Shown: positions 21,218 to 31,862 of the stretch, one piece after another | Layout: each line of letters begins with the position of its first letter | How positions within the stretch are numbered: position 1 is the first letter of the stretch | Origin: Gammaproteobacteria bacterium | Lineage (GTDB): Bacteria; Pseudomonadota; Gammaproteobacteria; SZUA-140 | Assembly (NCBI GenBank): GCA_026981935.1 | Contig: JALSIC010000026.1 | Span: 65 to 64,064 of the forward strand | Direction: 5' to 3' | Length of the DNA: 64,000 nucleotides | Position numbers and translations under genes: made by a program | The notes under the pieces: generated by a model | Told to the model about the DNA's origin: nothing | Database searches by the model: none | The model's input: only the letters and a program-made list of their open reading frames with translations

Positions 21218-21684
21218 ATTACTGGCTCCTCAAATCCGAACCGTCCGTCTTCAGTCTCGACGACCTGCGCAAGGCGCCGGGGGGACGGGATCACTGGGAC
21301 GGCGTGCGCAATTATCAGGCCCGCAACTACCTTTGTGCCATGGCGGAGGGCGACCAGGCCTTTTTCTATCACTCCAATTGTGTCAGGCCGGGCATCGTCG
21401 GCATTGTCGAGATCTGCCGGGCCGCCTATCCCGACCACACGGCCTTCGACCCCCACAGTCCCTACCACGACCCCCGGAGCACACACGCCAATCCGCGCTG
21501 GTACATGGTGGACGTCCGTTTCCTGGGCGCGCTGGCCCGCCCCGTGCCACTGTCCGAGTTGAAACAGCACCCCGAACTGGCTGAACTGCCGCTGGTACAG
21601 CGTGGCTGCCGCCTCTCGGTGATGCCCGTCACGGCGGCGCAATGGCAATTCATTCTGGCTCTGGCCGAACGGAACAACCCTTAG
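21214..21684 (+). CDS. EVE domain-containing protein
   Basis: MNYWLLKSEP, WDGVRNYQARN, FFYHSNC, RLSVMPV; ATGA overlap with ygfA. Confidence 0.95.
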   Translation: MNYWLLKSEPSVFSLDDLRKAPGGRDHWDGVRNYQARNYLCAMAEGDQAFFYHSNCVRPGIVGIVEICRAAYPDHTAFDPHSPYHDPRSTHANPRWYMVDVRFLGALARPVPLSELKQHPELAELPLVQRGCRLSVMPVTAAQWQFILALAERNNP

Positions 21685-21933
21685 AACAACCCTTCCATAA
21701 TCGACTGCAGCGTCGAGAACTCATGGACAGCACCGTACTTCATGGCGGCTGCACGACTGTCCGCGAACCTGTATCCATAGTGTTTCCCGCTTACATGTCG
21801 CGCCGGCCGCGTGTTGTTCCCGATACCCCGGCACATGCAACCATCGTGTCCTGCCGACTGCATGGCGTTTTTTTCAAGAATCGATGGCGATCGTCGATAC
21901 ACTCTCTCGAACATAAATTTTTTTGCGCAAACA

Positions 21934-21962
21934 CTGGCATTATGTGCAAAGATGTTTATACT
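21934..21962 (+). promoter_or_regulatory. Putative sigma70 promoter of the histone-like gene
   Basis: CTGGCA-N17-TATACT preceded by a T tract; GGAGG RBS downstream. Confidence 0.5.
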
Positions 21963-21992
21963 TAACTGCGTTTAACACTTGGAGGACATACA

Positions 21993-22244
21993 ATGGCCAC
22001 AAAAAAATCTGTCGCCAAAAAGAAGGCAGCCACCAAGAAGAAAGCTGCTGCGAAAAAGAAAACAACCGCCAAGAAGAAGACCGTAACCAAGAAGAAAGTC
22101 GCAACCAAGAAGAAAGCCGCTGCCAAGAAGCGGGCAGGAACCAAGAAGAAAGCCGCAGCAAAGAAAAAGGCGGGAGCCAAAAAGAAGGCAGCCACCAAGA
22201 AGAAAGCTGCCGCAAAGAAGAAAGCCGCAGCAAAGAAGAAGTAA
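21993..22244 (+). CDS. Small Lys/Ala-rich histone-H1-like protein (83 aa)
   Basis: (KKK)xAA/xT hexapeptide repeats, GGAGG RBS, strong downstream terminator. Confidence 0.85.
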   Translation: MATKKSVAKKKAATKKKAAAKKKTTAKKKTVTKKKVATKKKAAAKKRAGTKKKAAAKKKAGAKKKAATKKKAAAKKKAAAKKK

Positions 22245-22300
22245 TCAGAAGTGACAGGGTCGATGAACCGGCGGCAAAGCCGGTTTCAACCACCCTGACC

Positions 22301-22332
22301 GTGAAAAGGCCCGCCAAGGCGGGCCTTTTCAC
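22301..22332. terminator. Bidirectional intrinsic terminator
   Basis: GTGAAAAGGCCCGCC-AA-GGCGGGCCTTTTCAC between convergent genes. Confidence 0.85.
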
Positions 22333-22355
22333 TTGAGGAAAGCCCCGCAGGCTTT

Positions 22356-23879
22356 TCAGGAAACCCCTCCCAGAAACAGCTCATAGGCCGGGTTGCCGCT
22401 CTCCTCCCAGTACTCGTATCCCAGGCCGTCGAGGAAGGCACGCAGCTCGCCCCTCTCCTGCGCGGGCACCTGAATGCCCACCAATACCCGGCCATAGGCC
22501 GCGCCATGGTTGCGATAGTGGAACAGGCTGATGTTCCAGCGCTGGCCGATGCAGCTCAGGAAGTCCAGGAGCGCCCCCGGTCGCTCCGGAAATTCGAAAC
22601 GATAGAGGGTCTCGTCCGCCACGTTACCGGCACGCCCCCCCACCATGTAACGCACATGGAGCTTGGCCATCTCGTTGTCGGTCATGTCCACCACGGGATA
22701 GTCGCGGCTGCGCAACTGGGCGATGATCTCGTTCTTCTCTTCCACGCCATGATTGAGCTGGATACCGGCAAAGACATGGGCGCGCCTGGGATCGGCATAG
22801 CGATAATTGAACTCGGTGATGCCCCGCTTGCCGATCACCCGGCAGAACTTGAGAAAACTGCCCGGTCGCTCCGGGATGGTGACGGCCAGCAGGGCCTCAC
22901 GGCGTTCCCCCACCTCGGCGCGCTCGGCGACATGACGCAGACGATCGAAGTTGATGTTGGCGCCGCTGTTGATGGCCACGAGGCGCCGGTCGCGCAGGCG
23001 ACGGCGCTGTACGTATTTCTTCAGACCCGCCACCGCCAGGGCCCCCGCGGGTTCCGCAATGGTGCGACAGTCATCGAAGATGTCCTTGATGGCGGCGCAG
23101 ATCTCGTCCGTGCTCACCAGGACCACACTGTCCACGCAGTCGCGGGCGATACGGAACGGTTCCTTGCCCACCTGGCGCACGGCCACGCCGTCGGCAAAGA
23201 TGCCGACCTGGTCCAGCACCACCCGGCGCCCATGCTTGAGGGCGGCGTGCAGGCACGGCGCATCGTCCGGCTCCACCCCGATCACCTTGATCCGGGGATA
23301 GAGCGCCTTGACGTAGGCGGCCACGCCTGCCACGAGGCCGCCGCCGCCCACCGGCACGAATAGGGCGTACAGCCCGTCGGCACTGTGATGGAGGATCTCC
23401 GCCGCCACCGTACCCTGCCCGGCAATGACATCGGGATCGTCGTAGGGATGAATGAAGGTCATGCCCCGTTCCGCGCCCAGTTCGCAGGCCCTGGCGCAGG
23501 CCTCGTCATAGGTGTCACCGTGAAGCACCACGCGTGCCCCCCAGTGGCGCACCGCCTCCACCTTGATGCCCGGCGTGGTCCGGGGCATGACGATGAGGGC
23601 CTGGATCCCCAGGCGTTGCGCCGCAAGGGCCACCCCCTGGGCGTGGTTGCCCGCCGAGGCCGCGATCACGCCCTTCTCCCGCGCCGCCTGCTTCAGGTTC
23701 ACCATCTTGTTGTAGGCACCGCGCAGCTTGAAGGAAAAGACCGGCTGCAGATCCTCGCGCTTGAGCAGTATCTCGTTGTCCATGCGCGCCGAAAGCGCCG
23801 CCATGCGTTCCAGGGGGGTTTCGCGCGCCACGTCGTAGACCCGTGCCTTGAGTATTCTGGTCAGATAATGATTTCTCAC
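22356..23879 (-). CDS. ilvA: Threonine ammonia-lyase, biosynthetic
   Basis: [24 protein letters not shown], two ACT-like C-terminal domains; GTG start with AGAGG RBS. Confidence 0.97.
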   Translation of the reverse strand: MRNHYLTRILKARVYDVARETPLERMAALSARMDNEILLKREDLQPVFSFKLRGAYNKMVNLKQAAREKGVIAASAGNHAQGVALAAQRLGIQALIVMPRTTPGIKVEAVRHWGARVVLHGDTYDEACARACELGAERGMTFIHPYDDPDVIAGQGTVAAEILHHSADGLYALFVPVGGGGLVAGVAAYVKALYPRIKVIGVEPDDAPCLHAALKHGRRVVLDQVGIFADGVAVRQVGKEPFRIARDCVDSVVLVSTDEICAAIKDIFDDCRTIAEPAGALAVAGLKKYVQRRRLRDRRLVAINSGANINFDRLRHVAERAEVGERREALLAVTIPERPGSFLKFCRVIGKRGITEFNYRYADPRRAHVFAGIQLNHGVEEKNEIIAQLRSRDYPVVDMTDNEMAKLHVRYMVGGRAGNVADETLYRFEFPERPGALLDFLSCIGQRWNISLFHYRNHGAAYGRVLVGIQVPAQERGELRAFLDGLGYEYWEESGNPAYELFLGGVS

Positions 23880-23987
23880 GCCATTCCTCTCCCGTTGCTC
23901 AGCATCCTGTGTCTGCCGCCTCATGACAATCAGGCATGCTGTGGTTATCATGGTTGCATTGTATCAGCCCGAAGGGAGAGACCACGC

Positions 23988-24644
23988 ATGACACGGGACG
24001 ACATGAAGAAAATGGCCGCCGAGGCGGCGCTGGAATACGTGGAGGCCGGCACCGTCGTCGGCGTGGGCACCGGTTCCACCGCCAATCATTTCATCGATGC
24101 CCTGGCACGCATCAAGCACAAGATCGACGGCGCGGTAGCCAGCTCCGAGGCCACTGCCCAACGGCTCCAGTCCCACGGCATCCCGGTGCTGGATCTCAAT
24201 GCCGTGGACGAGCTGCCCCTGTATGTGGATGGAGCCGACGAGAGCAACAAGTACCTGCATCTGATCAAGGGCGGTGGCGGTGCCCTGACCCGCGAGAAGA
24301 TCGTCGCTGCCGTCAGCCGCACCTTCGTCTGTATCGCCGACGATTCCAAGCTGGTGGACGTCCTGGGCGCCTTTCCCCTGCCCATCGAGGTCATTCCCAT
24401 GGCCCGCAGTTATGTCGCCCGCCAGCTCCTCCAGCGGGGCGGCAGGCCGGTGCTGCGTGAAGGCTTCGTCACCGACAACGGCAACCAGATCCTCGACGTT
24501 CACAATCTCGAGATCCTGGATCCCGTGCAGCTGGAGTCGGAACTGAACCAGATCGTGGGCATCGTCACCAATGGCCTGTTTGCCCGTCGGCCCGCCGACG
24601 TGCTGCTCCTGGGCACGGAACAGGGGGTCAGAAAACTGACCTGA
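23988..24644 (+). CDS. rpiA: Ribose-5-phosphate isomerase A
   Basis: [24 protein letters not shown]. Confidence 0.97.
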   Translation: MTRDDMKKMAAEAALEYVEAGTVVGVGTGSTANHFIDALARIKHKIDGAVASSEATAQRLQSHGIPVLDLNAVDELPLYVDGADESNKYLHLIKGGGGALTREKIVAAVSRTFVCIADDSKLVDVLGAFPLPIEVIPMARSYVARQLLQRGGRPVLREGFVTDNGNQILDVHNLEILDPVQLESELNQIVGIVTNGLFARRPADVLLLGTEQGVRKLT

Positions 24645-24672
24645 GGCCATTTTCAAGAGGGAGTCCCGCGCC

Positions 24673-24873
24673 ATGCAGAAGACCCTCATCACCATCGGCC
24701 TCATCCTGGTGCTGGCGGGCATCCTCTGGCCCTGGCTCGCCAAGAGCGGTCTGGGGCGCCTCCCCGGGGATATCGTGGTGGAACGGGACAACTTCCGGTT
24801 CTACTTTCCCGTGACCACGGCGGTTCTCATCAGTCTGGTGTTGAGCCTGATTTTCTGGTTGCTGCGGAAGTGA
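24673..24873 (+). CDS. DUF2905 family small membrane protein
   Basis: LGRLPGDI...FYFP motif between two TM helices. Confidence 0.85.
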   Translation: MQKTLITIGLILVLAGILWPWLAKSGLGRLPGDIVVERDNFRFYFPVTTAVLISLVLSLIFWLLRK

Positions 24874-24879
24874 TTTGTG

Positions 24880-24931
24880 TGAGGTGCGAGGGGTAAGGCG
24901 TGAAGCGTAAGGAGCGCCGACTTGCAGTCGG
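24880..24931 (+). repeat. Degenerate heptamer array plus CCGACTTGCAGTCGG hairpin
   Basis: tgaggtg cgagggg taaggcg tgaagcg taaggag, then hairpin at 24917-24931 identical to those at 92-106 and 187-201 in reverse complement. Confidence 0.75.
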
Positions 24932-25009
24932 CATGCCGTGTGCAGCAAGGCGATCCGGCATCAGCCCTCTGCTGAATCCTCTACTCCTCTGGACGCCCAG
25001 CGTATCATC

Positions 25010-28000
25010 CTACAACAACACCCGCTCGATCCCCCCGGCCTGTGCCCGCTCGATGAAACGCTGCTGCCAGCCCTCGCCCAGGAGACGGTTGGCCAGCTCC
25101 ACCACGATATAGTCTGTCTCCAGGCCCGTGTCCTCGCGATAGCGCGACAGGCCCTGCTGGCAGGCGGGACACGAAGTCAGCAGCTTCACCTCGCCCCCGG
25201 TCACCTGCGTCGTGCCCGTCAGTTCCCGGATCCCCTGACGCAATTCCTCTTCCTTGCGGAACCGCACCTGGGTGGCAACATCGGGACGGGAGACCGCGAA
25301 GGTGCCCGCCTCCCCGCAGCAGCGGTCCGAAAGCCGTACCTCGGCCCCGCCCAGCAGGCCCGAAGCCACCTGCAGGGGATCGTGCTGCTTCATGGGGGCA
25401 TGACAGGGGTCATGATAGAGATAGCGGACCCCCGGCACGTCCGTGAGGGCCACGCCCTTTTCCTGGAGATATTCGTGAATGTCCAGGAGGCGGCACCCGG
25501 GAAATATTTCCTGAAACTGATAGAGGAGCAATTGATCCATGCAGGTGCCGCAGGAAACGATGACCGTCTTGATGTCCAGGTAGTTGAGCGTATTGGCCAC
25601 CCGGTGGAACAGGACCCGGTTCTCCGTGGTGATCTGGCGGCCGCGGAGGTCGTCACCCACCGAGCGCTGGGGATAACCGCAGCAGAGGTAACCCGGCGGC
25701 AACACCGTCTGCACGCCCGCTTCGTAGAGCATGGCCAGGGTGGCCAGGGCGATCTGGCTGAACAGGCGTTCCGAGCCGCAGCCGGGAAAATAGAACACGG
25801 CCTCCGTATCCTCGCTGGTGCGCTGCGGATCCCGCAGGATGGGCACCAGAGTCTTGTCCTCGATGCCCAACAGGGCCCGCGTGGTGCGACTGGGCAGATT
25901 GCCCGGCAGGGGCTTTTTCACGAAATGGATCACCTGCACGGGGATGGCGGGCTTCCCGGTGGTGGCGGCGGGCCGTCTCCGCCCGCCGGCCAGCCCCAGG
26001 CGCCTGGCCAGCCGATGTCCCAGGCGTTGCACGCGGCTGCCCCATTGCACGACGCCGGTGCGCAAGGCGCGGATGCGCAGGGGATCGGTGGCATTGAGGT
26101 AGGCCATGGCCAGGCGCGTGCCCAGGTTGAGCCGCTGCTGCCCGCGGGCGCGCAGGATATTGCGCATGCGGATGGAGACGTCGCCGAAATCGATGTCCAC
26201 GGGACAGGCGGGCAGGCACTTGTGACAGACGGTGCAGTGGTCGGCGACGTCGGCCAGTTCGTCGAAATGGCGCACCGAGACACCGCGGCGGGTCTGTTCC
26301 TCGTAGAGAAAGGCCTCGAGGATCAGGCCCGTGGCGAGGATCTTGTTGCGTGGCGAATAGAGCAGGTTGGCGCGTGGTACGTGGGTGCTGCACACCGGCT
26401 TGCACTTGCCGCAGCGCAGGCAATGACGGATGTCGTCGTTGAGCGCGCCCAGTTCGCTCTCTTCCAGGATCAGGGCCTCCTGCTGCACCAGCCGCAGGGA
26501 GGGGGTGTAGGCCCGCTCCAGGCCGGAACCCGGCAGCAGCTTGCCGCGGTTGAACACGCCGCGGGGATCGATACGTTCCTTGTACCGTGCAAAGGCCTCC
26601 AGGGCTTCGGGTTCCAGATACTGGATCTTGGTGAGACCGATGCCGTGCTCCCCCGAGATCACTCCCCCCAGGGAGACCGCCAGCGCCATGATGCGGTCCA
26701 CGATACGCTCCGCTTCCTGGAGCATTTCGTAATCGTTGGAATTGACCGGGATGTTGGTATGCACGTTGCCGTCGCCGGCATGCATGTGCAGCGCGACGAA
26801 CAGTCGGCCGGAACGGATGCGGTGATGGATTTCATCGAAGCGCGCATGTACCGGCGCATACTCCAGGCCCCCGAAGATCTCCTTCAGGGGGCGCTCCACC
26901 TCGCTGCGGTAGGAGATGCGCTGGTCACGGCGCAGCAGCAGGTCCAGGACCCGGTCGCCGGAACGGCAGCGGGCGCGCGCCGGCGCATCGAACAGTGTCT
27001 CATGCGCAAGGGCCGGATCGTCCAGGTGTGCGAGCAGCCTTTCCCAGCGCTCGCGCACTGCGGTCAGATGCGCACGCGCGGCATCGATCTTGGTGGCAAT
27101 GATGGCGCGGTCCTCCTGGCTCGCCTCGGACTCCGGCAGGAGCCGCATGTGGGGCAGCTCGTCGCGCAGAAAGGTATCCAGGGCCTCGATCATGCGCAGC
27201 TTGTTGTGCGTGGACTGTTCGATGTTGATGCGCTCTATGTGCTCGCTGTATTCGCCCAGGCGCTCCAGGGGGATGACCACGTCCTCGTTGATCTTGAAGG
27301 CGTTGGTGTGGGCGGCGATGGCGGCGGTGCGGGCGCGGTCGGCCCAGAAGCGCCGCCGCGCCTCGGGACTCGCGGCGACGAAGCCCTCGGCCTGGCGCCG
27401 GTTGGCGATGCGCACCACCGCTGCCGCGGTCTCGCCCAGGCGGTCCTCGTCGTCACTCGCCAGGTCCATGAGCAGCACCATCTTGGGCAGGCCGGGACGC
27501 GGTGCCTTGGGGGCATAACCCACCGCCTTGAGATAGCGTTCGTCCAGATGCTCCAGCCCTGCGAGCAGGACGCCCTCCCTGGCTTCGCAATGACGGACGA
27601 TCTCGACAATGGTATCGACGGCGCCCTTGATGTCGGGGCCGTGGAATTCCAGGCACACGGTGCGTCCGTGACGGGGCTGGCGATGGAGCAGGAACACCGC
27701 CGAGGTGATGAAACCGTCGCAGCCTTCCTTCTGCACACCGGGCAGGCCGCCGAGAAACTTGTTGGTGACGTCCTTGCCCAGTCCGGCACGGCGAAAGGCG
27801 CGCCCCGGCAGTTTCAGCTCCGTGGGTTCGCCCTGGACCGTCACGCCGTCCGGCGCATAGCGGGTGATACGGAAGCGGACCTCCGCCTGGTCGTGGATTC
27901 TGCCCAGGTTGTGATCCAGGCGTTCCACCTCCAGCCAGTGGGCATCGGGCGTCACCATGCGCCAGGACACGAGGTTGTCCACGGTGGTGCCCCACAACAC

Positions 28001-28864
28001 CGCCTTCTTCCCGCCGGCATTCATGGCGATGTTGCCGCCGATGGTACAGGCATCCTGGGAAGTGGGATCCACGGCGAACACCAGGCCATGCCTTTCGGCG
28101 AGTTCCGCCACCCGGCGGGTCACCACGCCCGCCTCGGCACGCACCACGGCCACCTCCCGGTCGACGCCGGGCAGGCGGCGGTATTCCACGGGGCCCAGCC
28201 CCTCCAGCTTCTCCGTGTTGATCACCGCCGTGTCGGGATGGAGCGGCACGGCACTGCCGGTGTAACCCGTGCCGCCGCCGCGGGGGATGATGGTGAGCCC
28301 CAGGTCGATACAGGCCTGCACCACGGGCTGGATCTCCTCCTCGCTGTCGGGGGTGATCACGACGAAGGGAAACTCCACGCGCCAGTCGGTGGCGTCCGTG
28401 ACATGGGCGACGCGGGCGAGGCCGCCGAAATCGATGTTGTCGCGTCGCGTCACCTGCGAAAGGCGCTGCAAGGCCGCCCGGCGCAACTGACGCTGGCGGG
28501 GCAGCCAGTCCTCGAAATCACGCACCGCGCGGCGCGCCGCCGCGACCAGCTGCAGGGCCAGCTCGTTGTCTTCGGCGCGGGCCACGATCTGATCCAGGCG
28601 GTGGTGCAGGGCCCGGGTGAGAGAACGCCAGCGCCGCGCATTTTCCAGCAGATCGTCCTGGAGATAAGGGTTGCGCACGACGACCCACATGTCCCCCAGC
28701 ACCTCGAACAGCATGCGCGCCGAGCGCCCCGTGCGACGTTCGCGACGCAGACGGTTGAGCACCGTCCATTGCGCCTCGCCGAGAAAGCGGATGACGATCT
28801 CACGGTCGGAAAATGAGGTGTAGTTGTAGGGGATCTCGCGGATACGGGCCGCCGGTTCCGTCAT
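25010..28864 (-). CDS. Large FAD-linked oxidoreductase with 4Fe-4S and Cys-rich domains (DUF3683-type)
   Basis: [13 protein letters not shown]-terminus, [21 protein letters not shown], CxxCxxCxxxC twice, CCG motifs. Confidence 0.9.
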   Translation of the reverse strand: MTEPAARIREIPYNYTSFSDREIVIRFLGEAQWTVLNRLRRERRTGRSARMLFEVLGDMWVVVRNPYLQDDLLENARRWRSLTRALHHRLDQIVARAEDNELALQLVAAARRAVRDFEDWLPRQRQLRRAALQRLSQVTRRDNIDFGGLARVAHVTDATDWRVEFPFVVITPDSEEEIQPVVQACIDLGLTIIPRGGGTGYTGSAVPLHPDTAVINTEKLEGLGPVEYRRLPGVDREVAVVRAEAGVVTRRVAELAERHGLVFAVDPTSQDACTIGGNIAMNAGGKKAVLWGTTVDNLVSWRMVTPDAHWLEVERLDHNLGRIHDQAEVRFRITRYAPDGVTVQGEPTELKLPGRAFRRAGLGKDVTNKFLGGLPGVQKEGCDGFITSAVFLLHRQPRHGRTVCLEFHGPDIKGAVDTIVEIVRHCEAREGVLLAGLEHLDERYLKAVGYAPKAPRPGLPKMVLLMDLASDDEDRLGETAAAVVRIANRRQAEGFVAASPEARRRFWADRARTAAIAAHTNAFKINEDVVIPLERLGEYSEHIERINIEQSTHNKLRMIEALDTFLRDELPHMRLLPESEASQEDRAIIATKIDAARAHLTAVRERWERLLAHLDDPALAHETLFDAPARARCRSGDRVLDLLLRRDQRISYRSEVERPLKEIFGGLEYAPVHARFDEIHHRIRSGRLFVALHMHAGDGNVHTNIPVNSNDYEMLQEAERIVDRIMALAVSLGGVISGEHGIGLTKIQYLEPEALEAFARYKERIDPRGVFNRGKLLPGSGLERAYTPSLRLVQQEALILEESELGALNDDIRHCLRCGKCKPVCSTHVPRANLLYSPRNKILATGLILEAFLYEEQTRRGVSVRHFDELADVADHCTVCHKCLPACPVDIDFGDVSIRMRNILRARGQQRLNLGTRLAMAYLNATDPLRIRALRTGVVQWGSRVQRLGHRLARRLGLAGGRRRPAATTGKPAIPVQVIHFVKKPLPGNLPSRTTRALLGIEDKTLVPILRDPQRTSEDTEAVFYFPGCGSERLFSQIALATLAMLYEAGVQTVLPPGYLCCGYPQRSVGDDLRGRQITTENRVLFHRVANTLNYLDIKTVIVSCGTCMDQLLLYQFQEIFPGCRLLDIHEYLQEKGVALTDVPGVRYLYHDPCHAPMKQHDPLQVASGLLGGAEVRLSDRCCGEAGTFAVSRPDVATQVRFRKEEELRQGIRELTGTTQVTGGEVKLLTSCPACQQGLSRYREDTGLETDYIVVELANRLLGEGWQQRFIERAQAGGIERVLL

Positions 28865-29080
28865 GATGGTCACTTTGTGAAGTTTTTTCCGAATATGCCG
28901 ATGATACCAGGGCGACGGGGCAAAGAAGCAGGGCCTCGGGGACAGCAGAGTCTACCACGGCTTGCCCACGGGAACAGCCTGCGACCTGGGGGGATATTCA
29001 CCTCGTCCCGGGGTATGCCGGCTTCTGGGCATACATCACGAGGGATGGGGACGTACGACAACAGGAAACGACACGCAGTC

Positions 29081-30181
29081 ATGGCCGTACCGGAACAGGA
29101 AATGCAGCTCGAAAGCCTGCGCGCGCTGGAGCCCCTCTCCGCGCTGGCCCACGACCAGCTGCGGGAACTGGCCCGGCTCTCGCGCCGGGAAACCCTGGAG
29201 GCAGGTGCCTGCCTGTTCCGTGAGGGTGAATCCGACGGGCAGACCATCTATCTGCTGCGCGGCAGCCTGGAACTCTCCCGCGCCGGCAGCACCGTCAGGA
29301 AGCTTCTCCAGGGCGGCAGCGAGGAAGCCCGGCATCCCGTGGCCGACGAGAAACCGCGTCGCTACACCGCTACCGCCGCCACGCCGGCGGAAGTCGTCTA
29401 CATCGACAAGGAGCTGCTGGACACCCTGATCACCTGGGGTCAGATCTCGGCGCCGGAAGAGGAAGTGGTGATGTGCGAGGATGGCATCATCACCATCAAC
29501 AAGGGTGACTGGCTCAAGACCATGATCAAGTCACCCACCTTCCGCAATCTTCCCCCCGCCCATATCGAGACCCTGCTCACCCGCCTCGAACCCGTGGTGG
29601 TCAAGGCAGGCGATGTCATCATCCGCCAGGGCGATGCCGGCGACTATTTCTACATGATCGACCAGGGCGTGGCCATGGTCACGCGCAATCCCGACGACGA
29701 TGAAGACTCCATCGAAATGGCCGAGCTGAATGCCGGCGACACCTTCGGCGAGGCGGCACTGATCTCCGACAACCCCCGCAATGCCACGGTCTCCATGATG
29801 TCCGACGGTATCCTGCTGCGCCTTTCCAAGGAAGATTTTCTCCAGCTTCTGAAACAACCCACCCTGCGCTGGCAAAGCTTCGAGAGCGCATGCGAGGCCG
29901 TGGCACGCGGTGCCCGCTGGATAGACGTGCGCCTGCCCGCAGAATACCGGCGCGGCCACCTGCCCGGTGCCCTCAACATCCCCATGCGCGACCTGCACCG
30001 GGAAGCGCGCGAACTGGATCCCGCCGTGCCCTATATCTGCTATTGCCAGACGGGACGGCGCAGCTCCGCCGCCGCCTTCGTCCTGGCCCAGTACGGCCTC
30101 CAGGCCAGCGTCCTCGAAAACGGCCTCGATGCCGTGGCACCCGGGCACCTGACCAGTGCCGGGTCCCCGGCCGCCTCCTGA
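29081..30181 (+). CDS. Tandem cyclic-nucleotide-binding domains + C-terminal rhodanese
   Basis: LFREGE and IIRQGD..FYMI..FGEAAL..RNATV; IDVR..GHLPGA..YCQTGRRS. Confidence 0.85.
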   Translation: MAVPEQEMQLESLRALEPLSALAHDQLRELARLSRRETLEAGACLFREGESDGQTIYLLRGSLELSRAGSTVRKLLQGGSEEARHPVADEKPRRYTATAATPAEVVYIDKELLDTLITWGQISAPEEEVVMCEDGIITINKGDWLKTMIKSPTFRNLPPAHIETLLTRLEPVVVKAGDVIIRQGDAGDYFYMIDQGVAMVTRNPDDDEDSIEMAELNAGDTFGEAALISDNPRNATVSMMSDGILLRLSKEDFLQLLKQPTLRWQSFESACEAVARGARWIDVRLPAEYRRGHLPGALNIPMRDLHREARELDPAVPYICYCQTGRRSSAAAFVLAQYGLQASVLENGLDAVAPGHLTSAGSPAAS

Positions 30182-30197
30182 GCTGAGCACCCCCCCT

Positions 30198-30257
30198 GCC
30201 AGAATCACGGCCAGAATCACGGCCAGAATCACGGCCAGAATCACGGCCAGAATCACG
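30198..30257. repeat. Perfect 12-bp tandem repeat GCCAGAATCACG x5
   Basis: Read directly; lies between convergent genes. Confidence 0.95.
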
Positions 30258-30296
30258 TCCGGCTCGCCGCCTCCCTCATCCGACCTCCGACCGCGA

Positions 30297-30731
30297 TCAG
30301 GCCATGCCCAGCACCACGCCGTAACGCAGCAGCTTGCCCACGGCGACGAACAACAGGGCCGGCCAGAATCCCACGCGCAGCCAGCCCGCGGCAAGACAGA
30401 GGGGATCGCCCACGACGGGGAGCCAGGACAGCAACAATGCAGGGCTGCCCCAGCGCCGCAACCGGGCCAGCGCCGACTTCTGCGCGGGCCTTCGCAGCAG
30501 CCGGTGGCCGGGCCAGCGCCATGCCAGAAGACGCCCCAGCCCCCAGGAACTCATCCCGCCGAGGGTGTTCCCGGCGCCGGCCACCAGCAGCAGGGTCAGC
30601 GTTTCATGACGGCCCTGCCCCGCAAGCCAGTACAGCAGGGCCTCCGACCCCCCTGGCAAGAGCGAAGCCGAAACAAAGGCGCTGGCAAACAGCGCCCACA
30701 GTTCCACGGTGGCATCCCTGGCTTTTTCCAT
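30297..30731 (-). CDS. YqaA family membrane protein (DedA/VTT superfamily)
   Basis: SLLPGGSE, GNTLGG, LLSWLPVVGDPL..AAGWLR, GKLLRY. Confidence 0.9.
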   Translation of the reverse strand: MEKARDATVELWALFASAFVSASLLPGGSEALLYWLAGQGRHETLTLLLVAGAGNTLGGMSSWGLGRLLAWRWPGHRLLRRPAQKSALARLRRWGSPALLLSWLPVVGDPLCLAAGWLRVGFWPALLFVAVGKLLRYGVVLGMA

Positions 30732-30815
30732 GATCTGCAGGCGGATCTGAACGGGGATGAGATCGGACAGCGAAACGGCAACGGGAACCGGGGCAGACAG
30801 TGCTGGGACAGGACA

Positions 30816-30848
30816 CCCGTTACAGGCCCGTTACAGGCCCGTTACAGG
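30816..30848. repeat. 11-bp tandem repeat CCCGTTACAGG x3
   Basis: Read directly. Confidence 0.9.
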
Positions 30849-30861
30849 CAAGGATACAGGC

Positions 30862-30956
30862 AAAAAAAAGCGGCCGGAAGCCGCCAAGAGTTTTGTTTTT
30901 CTGTAATTATTGTTATTAATCTTGGACGGCTGAATGCTTCCCTCCCGCCCATGAGT
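30862..30956 (-). ncRNA. Candidate small RNA, about 95 nt: 5' hairpin, AAN-rich core, intrinsic terminator
   Basis: Own promoter; TGGGCGG/CCGTCCA stem; AATAACAATAATTACAGAAAAACAAAA; GCGGC-TTCCG-GCCGC-T8. Confidence 0.7.
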
Positions 30957-30961
30957 CTCTT

Positions 30962-30990
30962 AATCTAATCACCCATGGATTGTAAGTCAA
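30962..30990 (-). promoter_or_regulatory. Sigma70 promoter of the candidate sRNA
   Basis: TTGACT-N17-TAGATT on the minus strand. Confidence 0.7.
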
Positions 30991-31154
30991 GACTTCTGAT
31001 AAACCCCTCATTGCCAAACTTCACAGCCGGGACATTCATGGGTTACCCTGTGGGCGGGAAGCCGCTGCGTCCGGCCCGCGCCAGCGTGGAACAGGTGTGA
31101 AACAAGCGCGGAAATGGTAACGGTCTGCATTTCTTCTGAAAAAAGGGGCATGCC

Positions 31155-31580
31155 ATGTTGTGGGTCAAAGCCTTTCATGTGATTTTCATGGTCACCTGGT
31201 TTGCCGGCCTGTTCTATCTGCCCCGCCTGTTCGTCTACCACGCCCAGTGTGAAGACAGCCCTGGCGACGAGCGTTTCAAGATCATGGAGCGCAAGCTTTA
31301 TTACGGCATCATGACGCCGGGGGGCATTCTCACCCTCGTCTTCGGCATCTGGTTGCTGCTGGACTACGCCTGGGCCGCCTATTCGGACAGTGGCTGGCTC
31401 CATGCCAAGCTGATGCTGGTACTGCTCCTGGTGGGCTATCACCTCTATTGCGGCCGCCTGGTACGGGTCTTCAAGACCGGAGAGAACCGCCGCAGCCATC
31501 GTTTCTACCGCTGGTTCAACGAGATCCCCGTTTTCTTCCTCATTCTCATCGTCATTCTGGTGGTGGTGAAACCCTTCTGA
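31155..31580 (+). CDS. hemJ: Protoporphyrinogen IX oxidase HemJ
   Basis: KAFH..WFAGLFYLPRLFVYH, MERKL, WLHAKL, RWFNEIP, VVKPF. Confidence 0.95.
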   Translation: MLWVKAFHVIFMVTWFAGLFYLPRLFVYHAQCEDSPGDERFKIMERKLYYGIMTPGGILTLVFGIWLLLDYAWAAYSDSGWLHAKLMLVLLLVGYHLYCGRLVRVFKTGENRRSHRFYRWFNEIPVFFLILIVILVVVKPF

Positions 31581-31631
31581 GGAGCCTGCGCGGTTCTTCT
31601 TGTCAAGTCTTTTTCGCGTTTTTCCGTAATC

Positions 31632-31862
31632 TTATACACAGTCGGCGCAGGAGGGAGGAAAATCGCCGCACAGGGATGCCGGTTTACCGGCACAAGCAGT
31701 CGATTTATAATTAACTGTCTGATTTATATATATTTTGTATTTTGGCTCAAATTGTCAGCAAATTATCAAAATCCCAATATTCACGCGACTTAAGGCCCTG
31801 TGATCCCATTTCTTCCACAAAGTTATCCACAGAAATTGTGGAAAACCCCTAAAGTTTCCACA
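31632..31862. promoter_or_regulatory. DnaA-box cluster with IHF site and AT-rich tract
   Basis: TTATACACA 31632-40; TCTTCCACA 31811-19; TTATCCACA 31823-31; TGTGGAAAA 31837-45; GTTTCCACA 31854-62; IHF-like AATCAGACAGTTA (minus) 31712-24. Confidence 0.75.

Noticed and set aside
21934..21948. Sigma54 promoter TGGCA..TGC
   Set aside because: GG-to-GC spacing is 8 nt rather than the required 10
21923..22336. Alternative-frame ORFs over the histone-like gene (QEES and FFLA repeats)
   Set aside because: By-products of the repetitive Lys/Ala coding sequence; only the 21993 frame has an RBS
24938..28816. 1292-aa plus-strand ORF
   Set aside because: Antisense shadow of the FAD/Fe-S oxidoreductase; such ORFs are expected in high-GC DNA and it has no motifs
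30198..30257. Tandem arrays here and at 11228, 36858, 59400 and 63456 as CRISPR
   Set aside because: Units are 7-13 bp and contiguous, with no spacers and no cas genes
31632..31862. Firm call as oriC
   Set aside because: No dnaA, dnaN, gidA or parAB context and few GATC sites; kept as DARS/datA-like with oriC as a minor alternative
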